From positions 12,216-76,215 of the forward strand of contig JBCLES010000005.1 in assembly GCA_038913135.1 (NCBI GenBank): a DNA stretch of 64,000 nucleotides. Direction: 5' to 3'. This stretch comes from Anaerolineae bacterium. Its GTDB lineage: Bacteria; Chloroflexota; Anaerolineae; Epilineales; Epilineaceae. The notes under the pieces are model-generated. The model had not been told where the DNA came from, made no database searches, and saw only the letters and a program-made list of their open reading frames with translations. A program made the translations under genes and the position numbers. The number at the start of each line of letters is the position of its first letter. The stretch's first letter is position 1. Below are positions 10,214 through 19,616 of this stretch, in pieces.

Positions 10214-10920
10214 GGCGTCGACGAATCGGTCGAAGGTACGAACGGCGGCGACGCGATCGGCGGATTCCACAACGAAGGCGCCGCAGCGGGCGACAGGTAG
10301 TCTTCGATCGCCCAGCCGACGTTGCCCAGGGAGTCCAGCAGACGCCACCATCGCGTACCGCTTATGTCCTCAGGTTCGCCGCTAACCTTAAGGAATTCGC
10401 CCTCGGTTACGATGCGAATTGTTGCCGTATCAAGTCCGGGTCCGAATCGATAACGCATGCCGAAACCGTCCGTCCCGACGACTTCGACGTAGCCGCCATC
10501 GACCAGGCTCGGCGGCCGGTTCGCCTCAGATGCCTGTGAAACGTCGGTGTCCGCGGTGGGACTTGCCAGCGTCACCGCTGTGGCTAAGGTGCCCATGTTC
10601 GCCTGGGCGGTCGCGATCGATGGGAAAGTTGGGGCGGCGCCGGCAACCATCGTCGGCGCGCGCGAAGTCGCCGAAGTGACGACTGTCGATGTCGCCGCGA
10701 CGGCTGTGCCGCCCTCAGGGGCGATCGCCGCGTCAGGCTCTGGGCCGAAGAACAGGTAGAGGGTGGCGATCAGCACGGCTACAAGAAGCATCGCCGCCGC
10801 GGCCTGGACGCTTATGCCGCCGGGAAGAGTCGGGCCGGATGCGCCCTGCGTCGGTGGCTCATCTTCGAAACCGTCGTAGTCGTAGTCGCTCACAGCGGCC
10901 CTCCAATGGGTCGAGCGCAT
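10210..10920 (-). CDS. membrane-anchored protein with C-terminal SH3b-like domain
   Basis: Start taken at MRSTHW (10920). One TM segment (AAAMLLVAVLIATLYLFF), an Ala/Thr/Ser-rich linker, then a C-terminal GYVEVVGTDGFGMRYRFGPG..RWWRLLDSLGNVGWAIEDYL, which is SH3b-like. Confidence 0.55.
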   Translation of the reverse strand: MRSTHWRAAVSDYDYDGFEDEPPTQGASGPTLPGGISVQAAAAMLLVAVLIATLYLFFGPEPDAAIAPEGGTAVAATSTVVTSATSRAPTMVAGAAPTFPSIATAQANMGTLATAVTLASPTADTDVSQASEANRPPSLVDGGYVEVVGTDGFGMRYRFGPGLDTATIRIVTEGEFLKVSGEPEDISGTRWWRLLDSLGNVGWAIEDYLSPAAAPSLWNPPIASPPFVPSTDSSTP

Positions 10921-11155
10921 GAAGCGCGCACGTGACGAATCCGGACCTACCTTCAACGGATCGCCCGTCGGCGTCGACCGACGCAGCGGCGCAGTATACG
11001 ATCCTACCGACAGGCCGTCAACGCGAACAGGTAGAACATCACGCCGAGCGGCGATTGACGCACGCCTGGCGGCCAAATACAATCCACTTGGAAGTGACTT
11101 GACATATCGAGGACGGCGAGCACTCTCACGAAGTGGCTGGAGGCAAGGTGACGGA

Positions 11156-12943
11156 ATGAACCATGGACAGCGAATGGCGCCGCTTTGCCCATCAGTGGTT
11201 CTCGCCAGCGTGCTCGTATTCTCCGGCGCCTACAGAGCCTCGGCGCAGGAAGGTCAGCCGGAAGACCAGGGCGAAGGGCCGACTCCGACAGTAGACAGTG
11301 GCGTCCAGATCGCAACGCGGCTGGATGCGATTCTGAGTTCCATGTACTCAATCGTTTCCTACGCAGATGCAGGGGCGTGGCAAGAGGCGGACGAGTCATT
11401 CAACGGCTTGTTGGACGCCCTCGACGTACATCGCGAGCCGCTCAAGGCGGCTGTCCCGGATTCGGCCCCGGCCGTCTTCGCTGAAATCGACGCCCTGCTC
11501 ATTGATCTTGATGGCGCGCTTTCGGCCGAGGACCTGATCCGGATCAGGGCGATAAACGGACTCGTGGAGTCCGGTCTTTCACGTCTCGCCCCGATAGTGC
11601 GGTCAAGCGCGTCGGGTAGCCCGGCAGCCGATGTCGCGCTCGAGTGGCGCGAAACGGCTTCCAGGATTTACGGATTGGCCGATGCATCGCTCTGGCGTGA
11701 TATGCGCAACGTCGCGATTGAACTGATCGAGGATGTCGACCAGCGGTCAGGAATAGTCCGCGCGGCGCTGGGCGTTGAGCGCGAGCTCGATCTGGAGAGG
11801 ATCAGCGTCTTCGCGCTACGGCTCCGAGCGGCGGCCCTCGATCAATCGGATGCCGAAGCAGCGCGCGCCGCAACTCATTTCGACCGAGCGCTCGATCAGC
11901 TCATGCAGGGTCTTGGCCTCATCGCAACCCCAACGCCAAGACCGGCGGATCAAAGCCTCGCTCGTTTCCGAGGATTCGAGGTCGAGGGCGCACTGGGCGA
12001 GACTGTCGTCGTGCCGATCAAGGCGGAAGGCGTTCCGCGCATCGGACTTGGCGCCTTCGCGATCCGAGCGCTTTGGAGTCCTTCAGCCCTGGCGTTGGTG
12101 GAAGTCAGGCCGGGAGAGGGTAGTCACGGACTGCGCAACGAGGCTTCGGAAGGCCGGGTTGACCTGAGTCTGCCGCAGGCGCCTCTTGGTCCGGGAGGGG
12201 ACGCGATAGTCGCAAGCCTCGTCTTCGAAGTTATCGGCGATGCAATTGAACCGCGCGACTACCTACCGCGAGACGTCATCGATTCGGTGCAGGCTGCTGT
12301 GAGCGAATCCGTTTCACTGGTCAAGCTCGGAGATCTGCCCAAGGCAGCGTCCGAGGTCAGCCGCGCACACGACGCCTTTGTCGGAGGCCATGACGTTCCC
12401 GGCAGCGCCTACCAGCTCTTCGCAGCCGAAGGCGGCAGTGAATCAATCGAACGCCGGTTTTTGGCCGCATTGATGCTGCTGAGCATGCCGGATCCCGCGC
12501 CGTCCGATGAAGTCGTCGTCGCCCTCGCGCTTATCCAGAGCGAGTTCTCTCAGGCGATCCAGCGGCATCTGGAGAGGATCTCGAAAGAAGGTGCGATACC
12601 GATCCTGATCGATACCGTCGAAGCCAAGGACGCTTCCGGATTGTCGATGAAGATGCGCGACGGTGTGGCAGGGCAGATCTCGATTGTCGACCGCCAGCGC
12701 TTGGAGTCGGACGTTCCGACGCCTGGTGTTAATGCTGCAGCGCTCGAGGGTCTTGAGCTTGGACTCGTCACTCCGCCTCCGCTCGACGAGCTCGAATCCA
12801 CCTTTGGCCGTGAAGTTGAAAACACACGTCAGGCGGGAAGATCAGGTCCGCAGGCCCTCTTGATCGCCATCGGGGCCGCCGCAGTGATCGCTGCTCTCGC
12901 TGCCGCGGTGATGGCACGCAAAGGCGGCCCCGCGGAGGATTGA
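11156..12943 (+). CDS. secreted, C-terminally membrane-anchored hypothetical protein (possible cohesin-like domain)
   Basis: ATG 11156 after GGAGG. Signal-like MNHGQRMAPLCPSVVLASVLVFSGAYRASA. Middle segment VVVPIKAEGVPRIGLGAFAIRALWSPSALALVEV resembles cohesin-type folds (weak). C-terminal TM ALLIAIGAAAVIAALAAAVMARKG. Confidence 0.5.
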   Translation: MNHGQRMAPLCPSVVLASVLVFSGAYRASAQEGQPEDQGEGPTPTVDSGVQIATRLDAILSSMYSIVSYADAGAWQEADESFNGLLDALDVHREPLKAAVPDSAPAVFAEIDALLIDLDGALSAEDLIRIRAINGLVESGLSRLAPIVRSSASGSPAADVALEWRETASRIYGLADASLWRDMRNVAIELIEDVDQRSGIVRAALGVERELDLERISVFALRLRAAALDQSDAEAARAATHFDRALDQLMQGLGLIATPTPRPADQSLARFRGFEVEGALGETVVVPIKAEGVPRIGLGAFAIRALWSPSALALVEVRPGEGSHGLRNEASEGRVDLSLPQAPLGPGGDAIVASLVFEVIGDAIEPRDYLPRDVIDSVQAAVSESVSLVKLGDLPKAASEVSRAHDAFVGGHDVPGSAYQLFAAEGGSESIERRFLAALMLLSMPDPAPSDEVVVALALIQSEFSQAIQRHLERISKEGAIPILIDTVEAKDASGLSMKMRDGVAGQISIVDRQRLESDVPTPGVNAAALEGLELGLVTPPPLDELESTFGREVENTRQAGRSGPQALLIAIGAAAVIAALAAAVMARKGGPAED

Positions 12944-13051
12944 GCTTGCGGCGAAGGACCGTTGTGACCCATAGGTGGACGAGAGTTCCCGATCGCGGAG
13001 CAGTCAGCCCGACGACTTATCCCGACCAGAAATCCCGACTGCGGGAAGCTT

Positions 13052-13525
13052 CTATAGCCGCGTTCGTTCCCACGGATAGACGATCCAGGCTTCCGTCCGG
13101 CCTACACACAGGTCGGGTCCATCGCCCGGATACAGTGATGCGCTCGGCTTGAAGTGCAGGACAGCTACGATCGGGAATCCTCCAGCCGCTGCGACTAGCT
13201 CGCGCACCGCGACCGCGGTCCTACCGGTATCCCACACGTCGTCTACTACGAGGACACGCTTGCCGGCCAGCGCTCCGTCCTTGGGGAAACTCAGGATCTC
13301 GAAGGAATCGGCGCGATCCTCGCCCGTGTAGCCTGCGGCCGAAGTCATCTCCACCTCACGCCGGTCGAGCGCCTGCGCGATCAGTGCTGCCGGTATGAGG
13401 CCGCCGCGAGCTATAGCCAGGATGACATCGAATTGCTCACTTTCCGCTTGGCGCGCGAGTTCTACCGACAGCACAACGATCTGCTCCCACGACAGAACAG
13501 TCCGAGCGCTCGCCTCGACACTCAC
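13052..13525 (-). CDS. phosphoribosyltransferase (purine PRTase-like)
   Basis: PRPP-binding motif RVLVVDDVWDTGRT. About 157 aa, the size of small Gpt/Hpt-like enzymes. GTG start overlaps the upstream stop (GTGA). Confidence 0.7.
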   Translation of the reverse strand: MSVEASARTVLSWEQIVVLSVELARQAESEQFDVILAIARGGLIPAALIAQALDRREVEMTSAAGYTGEDRADSFEILSFPKDGALAGKRVLVVDDVWDTGRTAVAVRELVAAAGGFPIVAVLHFKPSASLYPGDGPDLCVGRTEAWIVYPWERTRL

Positions 13526-13905
13526 CCTTCAAGCTCCGGCACCTTGCGGGTGACGAGCCTTCCGGATCGGAGCCAATCCGCCAAGTCGGAGGACGTCAGA
13601 TCGATCGCAAGGCGCAGAGGAACCGATCCAATCGTCGAAAGGTCGGTGCGCAAAGCTTCTGTCGGGACCGTGAACGGACGCTCGCCGTTCACGGCCCGGG
13701 TAAAAGCCATCAGGGTCGGCATCGCCCTGAAACCGAGCACTATCGGAAGAGCTTGATCGATCTCCAAGAGGCAGAATCGCCAGGAGAACGTACTCACGTC
13801 GCCAATTCCGGACTCGTCTTCCGGACCGCCGACTCCGACGAGGTAGATCGGTCCGGAAAGCTCGGCAGCGGCTTCTTCGGCCGAGCTCAGATCGATGAGC
13901 TTCAC
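13522..13905 (-). CDS. hypothetical protein (127 aa)
   Basis: ORF in the operon between the membrane protein and the PRTase. I prefer GTG 13905, which overlaps the upstream TGA (GTGA), over the track start at 13953. No recognisable motif. Confidence 0.45.
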   Translation of the reverse strand: MKLIDLSSAEEAAAELSGPIYLVGVGGPEDESGIGDVSTFSWRFCLLEIDQALPIVLGFRAMPTLMAFTRAVNGERPFTVPTEALRTDLSTIGSVPLRLAIDLTSSDLADWLRSGRLVTRKVPELEG

Positions 13906-14414
13906 GGCGACGTTGGCTCCAACTCGCCGAACGAGATAGTGCGCAAACGCCAAGTGCCATCCGCTTGCTCGACCGTTGCCCGTATCAGTGCGGGCGGCGC
14001 GCTCGAATACGTCGCAATCGCTTCGATGGACAGCGCCTCAAGCGCCAATCCTGAACCTGACACGGATTCCGCGCTTCGCAGCTCCACGGTCTCGAAGCCG
14101 TCGAAGAACCTGCGGGCAGAGAAGATTTGGACCACGTCGTCCTCGGATGTCGCCGCGAGCGCTTCAACGGAGTAGAGCCGGTGCGCCGCCAAAGTCTCGA
14201 ACGTACGACCGTGATCCATATACCGTTGGACCACCTCCACAGCCGCCCTCTGTGCGAAGACACCGCTCCGACCAACTGAGAAGAGAGCTGCGCCCAACGC
14301 GATAGTGAAGAAAACGAGGCCCCCCATCACCAAGTAGATCAGCGCGATCTTCTGCTGTGCGACGTTTGCGCTTTTCCGGATCGATCGCTCCCCTTTTGAA
14401 TCTTCGGCGTTCAT
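13902..14414 (-). CDS. single-pass membrane protein, hypothetical
   Basis: N-terminal TM IALIYLVMGGLVFFTIALGAALF followed by a roughly 110-aa soluble domain. High GC3 coding signal; first gene of a 3-gene overlapping operon. Confidence 0.5.
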   Translation of the reverse strand: MNAEDSKGERSIRKSANVAQQKIALIYLVMGGLVFFTIALGAALFSVGRSGVFAQRAAVEVVQRYMDHGRTFETLAAHRLYSVEALAATSEDDVVQIFSARRFFDGFETVELRSAESVSGSGLALEALSIEAIATYSSAPPALIRATVEQADGTWRLRTISFGELEPTSP

Positions 14415-14441
14415 TCGACCTCCGATCGACGGGCGTAGGGC

Positions 14442-14498
14442 GAGTCGGCTACCTCCGACTCACCACAGAGATATAATCCGCCGCCCCAAAGGAGTCGG
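14442..14498 (+). promoter_or_regulatory. inverted repeat GAGTCGG-N6-CCGACTC plus a third GAGTCGG copy over the chrA RBS; perfect TATAAT in between
   Basis: GAGTCGG at 14442-14448, CCGACTC at 14455-14461, TATAAT at 14472-14477, and GGAGTCGG at 14491-14498 (contains SD GGAG, 7 nt before ATG 14502). Confidence 0.3.
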
Positions 14499-14501
14499 AC
14501 C

Positions 14502-15056
14502 ATGCCGGATGGTCTTCGCATGCTCTTGGACATTTTGATCACCTTCACCCGGGTTGGAATCTTCGGTTTCGGTGGTGGTCCGTCCATGATCCCGCTCCTC
14601 CAGGAGGAAGTCGTGGATGTGCGCGGCTGGATCGATGCCCGCGAATTCGTCGATCTGCTTGCGATGGGCAACGTTCTGCCCGGACCGATCACCACGAAGC
14701 TCGCAGCCGTGATCGGCCACCGTCTTGCCGGAACACCCGGAGCGGTCGCCGGAATTGTCGGTCTCACTTTGCCGACCGCCGCCATGATGATTGGCCTGGC
14801 CGCGATCGCCGTCGAAGTCGCCGGCAGTCCGCGGGCTGCCGGAGCCCTCAGAGCCGCACGACCCGCCGTCGTTGCGATGCTCGCCTGGACGGCTTGGATC
14901 GTCGGTGCTGCCTCATCCGACGGGCTGGATGCTCGCGGTATTGCTTGGTTCGCCGGGATTGCGATCGCCTCCTTTGCGCTTCTGACATGGGGCAATGCGC
15001 ACCCCGCGTTGGTGATCGTAATCGCGGCCATCGTCGGTGCGCTCTTCCTCAGTTAG
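14502..15056 (+). CDS. chrA: short-chain chromate ion transporter (CHR family, single domain)
   Basis: ITFTRVGIFGFGGGPSMIPLLQEEVV..W....EFVDLLAMGNVLPGPITTKLA is the CHR signature. 184 aa, i.e. a half-size monodomain form. Confidence 0.8.
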   Translation: MPDGLRMLLDILITFTRVGIFGFGGGPSMIPLLQEEVVDVRGWIDAREFVDLLAMGNVLPGPITTKLAAVIGHRLAGTPGAVAGIVGLTLPTAAMMIGLAAIAVEVAGSPRAAGALRAARPAVVAMLAWTAWIVGAASSDGLDARGIAWFAGIAIASFALLTWGNAHPALVIVIAAIVGALFLS

Positions 15057-15064
15057 TTTCAGAC

Positions 15065-16555
15065 TCAGCCGAGACGGAACGGATCGATCGGCCGATCGCC
15101 TGTATAGACAATTACGCTCTTCTGCTCCGTGAAGTCGTCCAGTGCGTCCAGGGACACTTCGCGGCCCCAGCCGGATTGCTTGAAGCCGCCGAAAGGCGTG
15201 CCGGGAAAGACCGTGAAGGGTTGATTGATCGTCACGACACCGCTCTTAATCAGCCCGGCAACGCGATGCGCTCGGCCGACGTCGCGCGTCCAAATGGTCG
15301 AAGTCAACCCATAAACCACATCGTTCGCGGCCTCGACGACTTCGCGCTCGTCGTCGAATGGGATGATCGTCGCGACAGGGCCGAAGATCTCCTCTTGCGC
15401 GACGCGCATGTCGTTGGTGCAGTTGACAAGCGCTGTCGGCTCCAGGAAATTGCCGGCGGAATGCCCTTTGACAACGGCGCGACTCCCACCTAGAGCGACA
15501 TCCGCCCCGGCCTCCCGTCCTGCTTCGATGTAGCCTTCTACCCGTTTGAGGTGCGCCGGCGTGATAAGGGAGCCAATATGTGTAGCAGGATTCATCGGAT
15601 CGCCGACTTGAAGCTTGCCCGCGAGAGTGATGAAGCGCTCGACGAAGGCGTCATGGACTGAGCGTTGAACGAAGATCCGGCTGCGTGCGTCGCAGGATTG
15701 GCCCGCACAGTTGTAGATCGACCACACCGAACTTGGAACGGCGGAGTCCAGATCCGCGTCTTCGAAGATAATGGCCGGACTCTTGCCCCCGAGCTCAAGC
15801 GATACCCGCCGGAAGTCAGTGCGGGCCGCGTCAAGAATCAGGCGTCCGACTTCCGTCGACCCGGTGAAGCTGACCTTGTTCACGCCCGGATGCGCGGCTA
15901 GCGCTGCGCCCGTGGTCGGTCCGTCGCCGGTAACTACATTGATCGTCCCTTCAGGGAATCCCGCTTCCGTAGCGAGTTCAGCCAGGAAGATCGCCGACAG
16001 CGGTGATTCTTCGGCCGGTTTGATAACCACGGTGTTGCCGGCGGCTAGAGCCGGCGCGACTTTCCGCAGCGTGAGCATGAGTGGATAGTTCCACGGCACG
16101 ATGAGTCCGCATACACCCATTGGTTCGCGCAAGGTGTAGTTCAGAAAGCCGAACGGTGTTAGGTGCGTTTGCCCATCGATCTTGGTCGACGCACCGGCGA
16201 AGAACTCGAGCTCTGAGATCCCCTGAAGAATCTCCGCGCGGACGGACGAGACTGCCTTGCCGATGTCGCGCGCCTCGATCGTCACAAGTTCGTCGAGATT
16301 AGCCATAAGTAGGTCCGCCAGCGCCATCATCGTTCGATTGCGCTTCTGGCCGTTCACGCGCGCCCAACCTTTGGTGAACGACCCGCGCGCCGCCGCTACC
16401 GCCGCGTCGACGTCCTCCGGCCCGCCGAAAGCTGCCGACGCTAAGGTTTCGCCCGTGGCCGGATTCACGCTGTCGAAGCGTTTGCCGGCTCTAGCCTCCA
16501 CGGCTTCGTTGCCGATGATCAACTGATAGTCGCGCCGCTCGATGTCGATGCCCAT
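15065..16555 (-). CDS. NAD(P)-dependent aldehyde dehydrogenase
   Basis: VSLELGGKSP and NCAGQSCDA (catalytic Cys) motifs; EEIFGPV. 496 aa. Confidence 0.92.
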   Translation of the reverse strand: MGIDIERRDYQLIIGNEAVEARAGKRFDSVNPATGETLASAAFGGPEDVDAAVAAARGSFTKGWARVNGQKRNRTMMALADLLMANLDELVTIEARDIGKAVSSVRAEILQGISELEFFAGASTKIDGQTHLTPFGFLNYTLREPMGVCGLIVPWNYPLMLTLRKVAPALAAGNTVVIKPAEESPLSAIFLAELATEAGFPEGTINVVTGDGPTTGAALAAHPGVNKVSFTGSTEVGRLILDAARTDFRRVSLELGGKSPAIIFEDADLDSAVPSSVWSIYNCAGQSCDARSRIFVQRSVHDAFVERFITLAGKLQVGDPMNPATHIGSLITPAHLKRVEGYIEAGREAGADVALGGSRAVVKGHSAGNFLEPTALVNCTNDMRVAQEEIFGPVATIIPFDDEREVVEAANDVVYGLTSTIWTRDVGRAHRVAGLIKSGVVTINQPFTVFPGTPFGGFKQSGWGREVSLDALDDFTEQKSVIVYTGDRPIDPFRLG

Positions 16556-16638
16556 GGTCGCCCTCGCCTCGTATTGATCGGATTTGTCTGGGGATTACGG
16601 CGCTTGTCGCCGTCCGTGAAGGCCTTGCTGCGGCTCTC

Positions 16639-17841
16639 TCAATCGATGTTTTCGAAGATCATCGCGACGCCTTGACCCACTCCAACGCACATGGTCGCCA
16701 AGCCGTAGCGTCCACCGCGGCGCTTGAGTTCGTGCAGGAGAGTCGTGATGATCCGCGCGCCTGAGCAGCCGAGTGGATGCCCGAGCGCGATTGCGCCGCC
16801 ATTGACGTTCACCCGTTCGGAATCCAGCCCCAGCGCATCGATTACCGACAGCGCTTGGACGGCGAAGGCCTCGTTCAACTCGACGAGGTCGATCTGGGAG
16901 ATGTCTAGTCCAGCCCGCCTGAGCGCCTTCTTTGTCGCGGGAATAGGTCCGAAGCCCATCGTACGCGGATCGACCCCAGCGACAGCCGAGGCCACGACCC
17001 GAGCGAGAGGCCGCATTCCAGCGCTCTCGGCGGCCACGCTATCAGCGATCAGCAGTGCGGCCGCGCCGTCGTTCAAGCTGCTCGAATTGCCCGCGGTCAC
17101 GCTTCCTCCGCTCCGAAAGACGGGCTTCAGACGGGCTAGCGCTTCAAGCGAAGTCTCACTTCGCGGCCCCTCGTCCGTCAAGATGACACTGGAGCTTCCT
17201 TTTCGACCCTTAACGGAGACCGGCACTATCTCGGCGTCGAACCGGCCCTCAGCCTGCGCCGCCAGAGCTCGCCGATGGCTTTCCAGCGCGAATCCGTCCT
17301 GACGCTCACGCGTTATACCGGTCTCCGCTTGGATGTTCTCAGCGGTCTCGCCCATGCTTTCGAGCGGGATCAAAGCTTCCATGAGCGGATTGGGATAACG
17401 CCATCCAAGCGACGTATCCCACGCCGTCTTGGAGCCAAGCTGATACGCGTTCTCTGCCTTCGGAAGTGACAGCGGAGCGCGCGACATGCTCTCGACGCCG
17501 CCGACGACCACGAAGTCGCCGTCGCCCGCCGCAACCGTTCGTGCAGCCATCTGCGCTGCGTCCAAACTCGAACCGCAAAGGCGATTGATGGTCGTTCCGG
17601 GCACAGAGTAAGGCAGGCCAGCCAGAAGAGCAATCATGCGCGCCACGTTGCGATTGTCTTCGCCGGCCTGATTGGCGCAGCCGAAATAAACGTCCTCGAT
17701 CGATTCGGGTTCGACACCGGTCCGCTCGATAAGCGCCGCCACTACGATCGCGCCGAGATCATCCGGCCGAACGCTCGCAAGCACACCGCCCACGCGCCCG
17801 ATGGGGGTCCGGACGGCATCGACGACGACGGCCTGCCTCAT
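16639..17841 (-). CDS. acetyl-CoA C-acetyltransferase (thiolase II)
   Basis: [12 protein letters not shown] (active Cys), [32 protein letters not shown]. Confidence 0.93.
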   Translation of the reverse strand: MRQAVVVDAVRTPIGRVGGVLASVRPDDLGAIVVAALIERTGVEPESIEDVYFGCANQAGEDNRNVARMIALLAGLPYSVPGTTINRLCGSSLDAAQMAARTVAAGDGDFVVVGGVESMSRAPLSLPKAENAYQLGSKTAWDTSLGWRYPNPLMEALIPLESMGETAENIQAETGITRERQDGFALESHRRALAAQAEGRFDAEIVPVSVKGRKGSSSVILTDEGPRSETSLEALARLKPVFRSGGSVTAGNSSSLNDGAAALLIADSVAAESAGMRPLARVVASAVAGVDPRTMGFGPIPATKKALRRAGLDISQIDLVELNEAFAVQALSVIDALGLDSERVNVNGGAIALGHPLGCSGARIITTLLHELKRRGGRYGLATMCVGVGQGVAMIFENID

Positions 17842-18269
17842 GGAGCCGTCCTTTCGCCATTTGCTCTTCGGCCGTTTTCGGCATCGATCCGTGAAGGCTC
17901 GAAGCCCGGATCGGCAAGCGGATCCACCCTCGGCTCGACCATCGAGTCCGGCTCCTCCACCACCGGAGCGACCATCGAGTCCGGCTCCTCCACCACCGGA
18001 GCGACCATCGAGTCCGGCTCCTCCGACTCCGGCAAGGCAGAATCGGCCGTCGATTCCATCTCCGACTCGGCGTTCGACTCCACCTCCGGTTCAGATCTCG
18101 GCGAGCTCCGCTCGTGGAGCCGCCGCATGTCCACCTCCAGTCCTTCCAGCCGATTGGCAAGCTGTCGCATCTGCGCGTACTGGGCCACCATCCAGGCTAA
18201 CAAAGCAAGTGGGAGCGCGAAAAGAAGCACCAAGGCCGCGGCCAACAAGAGCAGCTCGTTTCCGATCAT
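17838..18269 (-). CDS. small membrane protein with acidic tandem-repeat tail
   Basis: Start taken at [26 protein letters not shown] (18269), 4 nt after the upstream stop. Coiled segment, then [11 protein letters not shown] x2 plus EEPDSMVEP. Its stop overlaps the thiolase start. Confidence 0.55.
   Translation of the reverse strand: MIGNELLLLAAALVLLFALPLALLAWMVAQYAQMRQLANRLEGLEVDMRRLHERSSPRSEPEVESNAESEMESTADSALPESEEPDSMVAPVVEEPDSMVAPVVEEPDSMVEPRVDPLADPGFEPSRIDAENGRRANGERTAP
17938..18024. repeat. 33-bp perfect tandem repeat, 2.6 copies, inside the small membrane protein gene
   Basis: ACCATCGAGTCCGGCTCCTCCACCACCGGAGCG at 17938-17970 and 17971-18003 (identical). A third partial copy runs 18004-18024. 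Confidence 0.95.
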
Positions 18270-18273
18270 CGGG

Positions 18274-18987
18274 TTACTCCCACGTCGCGCCGGCCGCGGC
18301 CATCCGCCGTAGGAGTGGCGCGGCGCGGAATCGATCGTCGCCGTGTTCGGCGGCGAGGGCGTCAAGTGTTGCGACGATGTCGCGGGCACCGACAAGATCA
18401 CACCAAGCCAGCGGGCCGCGGGGATAGCCGGTGCCAAGGCGCATCGCGGTATCGATGTCGTGCGCCGACGCCACACCCTCCATCACCGCGAACGCAGCCT
18501 CATTGGCAAGGCACGCGACCACGCGGGCCACCACGAGGCCGCCTCCGTCACCGACAAAGACCGGCTCATGCCCTAGCGCTAACCATAGATCCGTCGCCTG
18601 GTCTACGGCCGCATCGCTGGTCTGGATCGCGCGGGCCATCTCCACGGTTTTGCGCTCTCCGCATGGTACGAGAAGCCCGAAGCCCACGCCGCGCTCAGGC
18701 CGTGACATCGACGCCGCAGCCGACGTGGCCGAGGTCGCGTGGCAGCAAACGCAGAGGATGGCTTGAGGCCGCATCATTCGCTCGCCGGCGGCGAGTGCTT
18801 CGCGTTGATCCGGCGACATAACCACATTCGCATCGATGACGGCATCGGCCGCGGCGAAGGACGCCTGAACATCGGCCGCTGATGCAGAGCGCGTAACGTG
18901 CATCCCGGCCGCCGTCGCGCGCTCTTCTAGATGCGCCGCGAGCCGCGAGTCATCCGGCCCAAGGATGGTGATCGCGTCTACTTTCAT
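18274..18987 (-). CDS. 3-hydroxyacyl-CoA dehydrogenase-like protein with degenerate NAD-binding N-terminus
   Basis: C-terminal half matches the HBD family (DIDTAMRLGTGYPRGPLAWCDLVGARDIV). The N-terminus MKVDAITILGPDDS lacks the GxGxxG motif found in the adjacent bona fide hbd. Confidence 0.6.
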   Translation of the reverse strand: MKVDAITILGPDDSRLAAHLEERATAAGMHVTRSASAADVQASFAAADAVIDANVVMSPDQREALAAGERMMRPQAILCVCCHATSATSAAASMSRPERGVGFGLLVPCGERKTVEMARAIQTSDAAVDQATDLWLALGHEPVFVGDGGGLVVARVVACLANEAAFAVMEGVASAHDIDTAMRLGTGYPRGPLAWCDLVGARDIVATLDALAAEHGDDRFRAAPLLRRMAAAGATWE

Positions 18988-19616
18988 GCATGTGCCCCGG
19001 CGCGTGATTGCGCGATTATCCCGCGCAGAACTGCCGGCCGCTGTGCCCCTACCAGCAAACGATCAAAGATCACTAAGGCCGGCACTGCGCGAAGCGACAG
19101 CCGCTCAGCTTCGAGCCGGTCCGGGGCAAGCGCTTCGTCCACGGCCGACGGGCTGAGCGCATTCATTAGGCCTTCTTCGCACCTGCCGCCAGCGGCGCGG
19201 CCCACGATAGAACTGACCACCGCGGGACTCGCTATGTCTTCCCCATCCAGGAAGCGCGCCTTGAAGAGAGCCTCGTTAACCGCTGATTCGGCTGAAGGGA
19301 GGGCGCGTCTGACGTGCAACGCGGCGGCGGCCGCGATCCGAGAGTCTATTGGCCACTCCGGCCGGACCATGGTCCAGCCGAAGTCGGCGGCGCCGATCGC
19401 CGCCACCCGAGGCCAGTCGGCCACGAAACGGGCGGCGTGCATCCTTCGCTCCGCCGTGGGAAGATCGGACACTCGTCCTGCGAGTGGCAGAACACGCCAG
19501 CGGACCGACACATCTTGCTCGACCGCTCTGAACGCCGCGGCTTGGAGCGCGGAGTGAGGGCAGGCGTGATCGATGAAGACTTCGATCAACATTCCCGAGC
19601 GCTCAGCCGTCGCCAT
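18984..19616 (-). CDS. DsbA-like thioredoxin-fold protein (CPHS motif)
   Basis: EVFIDHACPHS at the position of the DsbA CxxC motif, but with the second Cys replaced by Ser. About 210 aa. Overlaps both neighbours. Confidence 0.5.
   Translation of the reverse strand: MATAERSGMLIEVFIDHACPHSALQAAAFRAVEQDVSVRWRVLPLAGRVSDLPTAERRMHAARFVADWPRVAAIGAADFGWTMVRPEWPIDSRIAAAAALHVRRALPSAESAVNEALFKARFLDGEDIASPAVVSSIVGRAAGGRCEEGLMNALSPSAVDEALAPDRLEAERLSLRAVPALVIFDRLLVGAQRPAVLRGIIAQSRAGAHA

Noticed and set aside
14411-15031. 206-aa minus-strand ORF
   Set aside because: Antisense to chrA, which carries the CHR family signature. Ala/Pro/Arg-rich composition.
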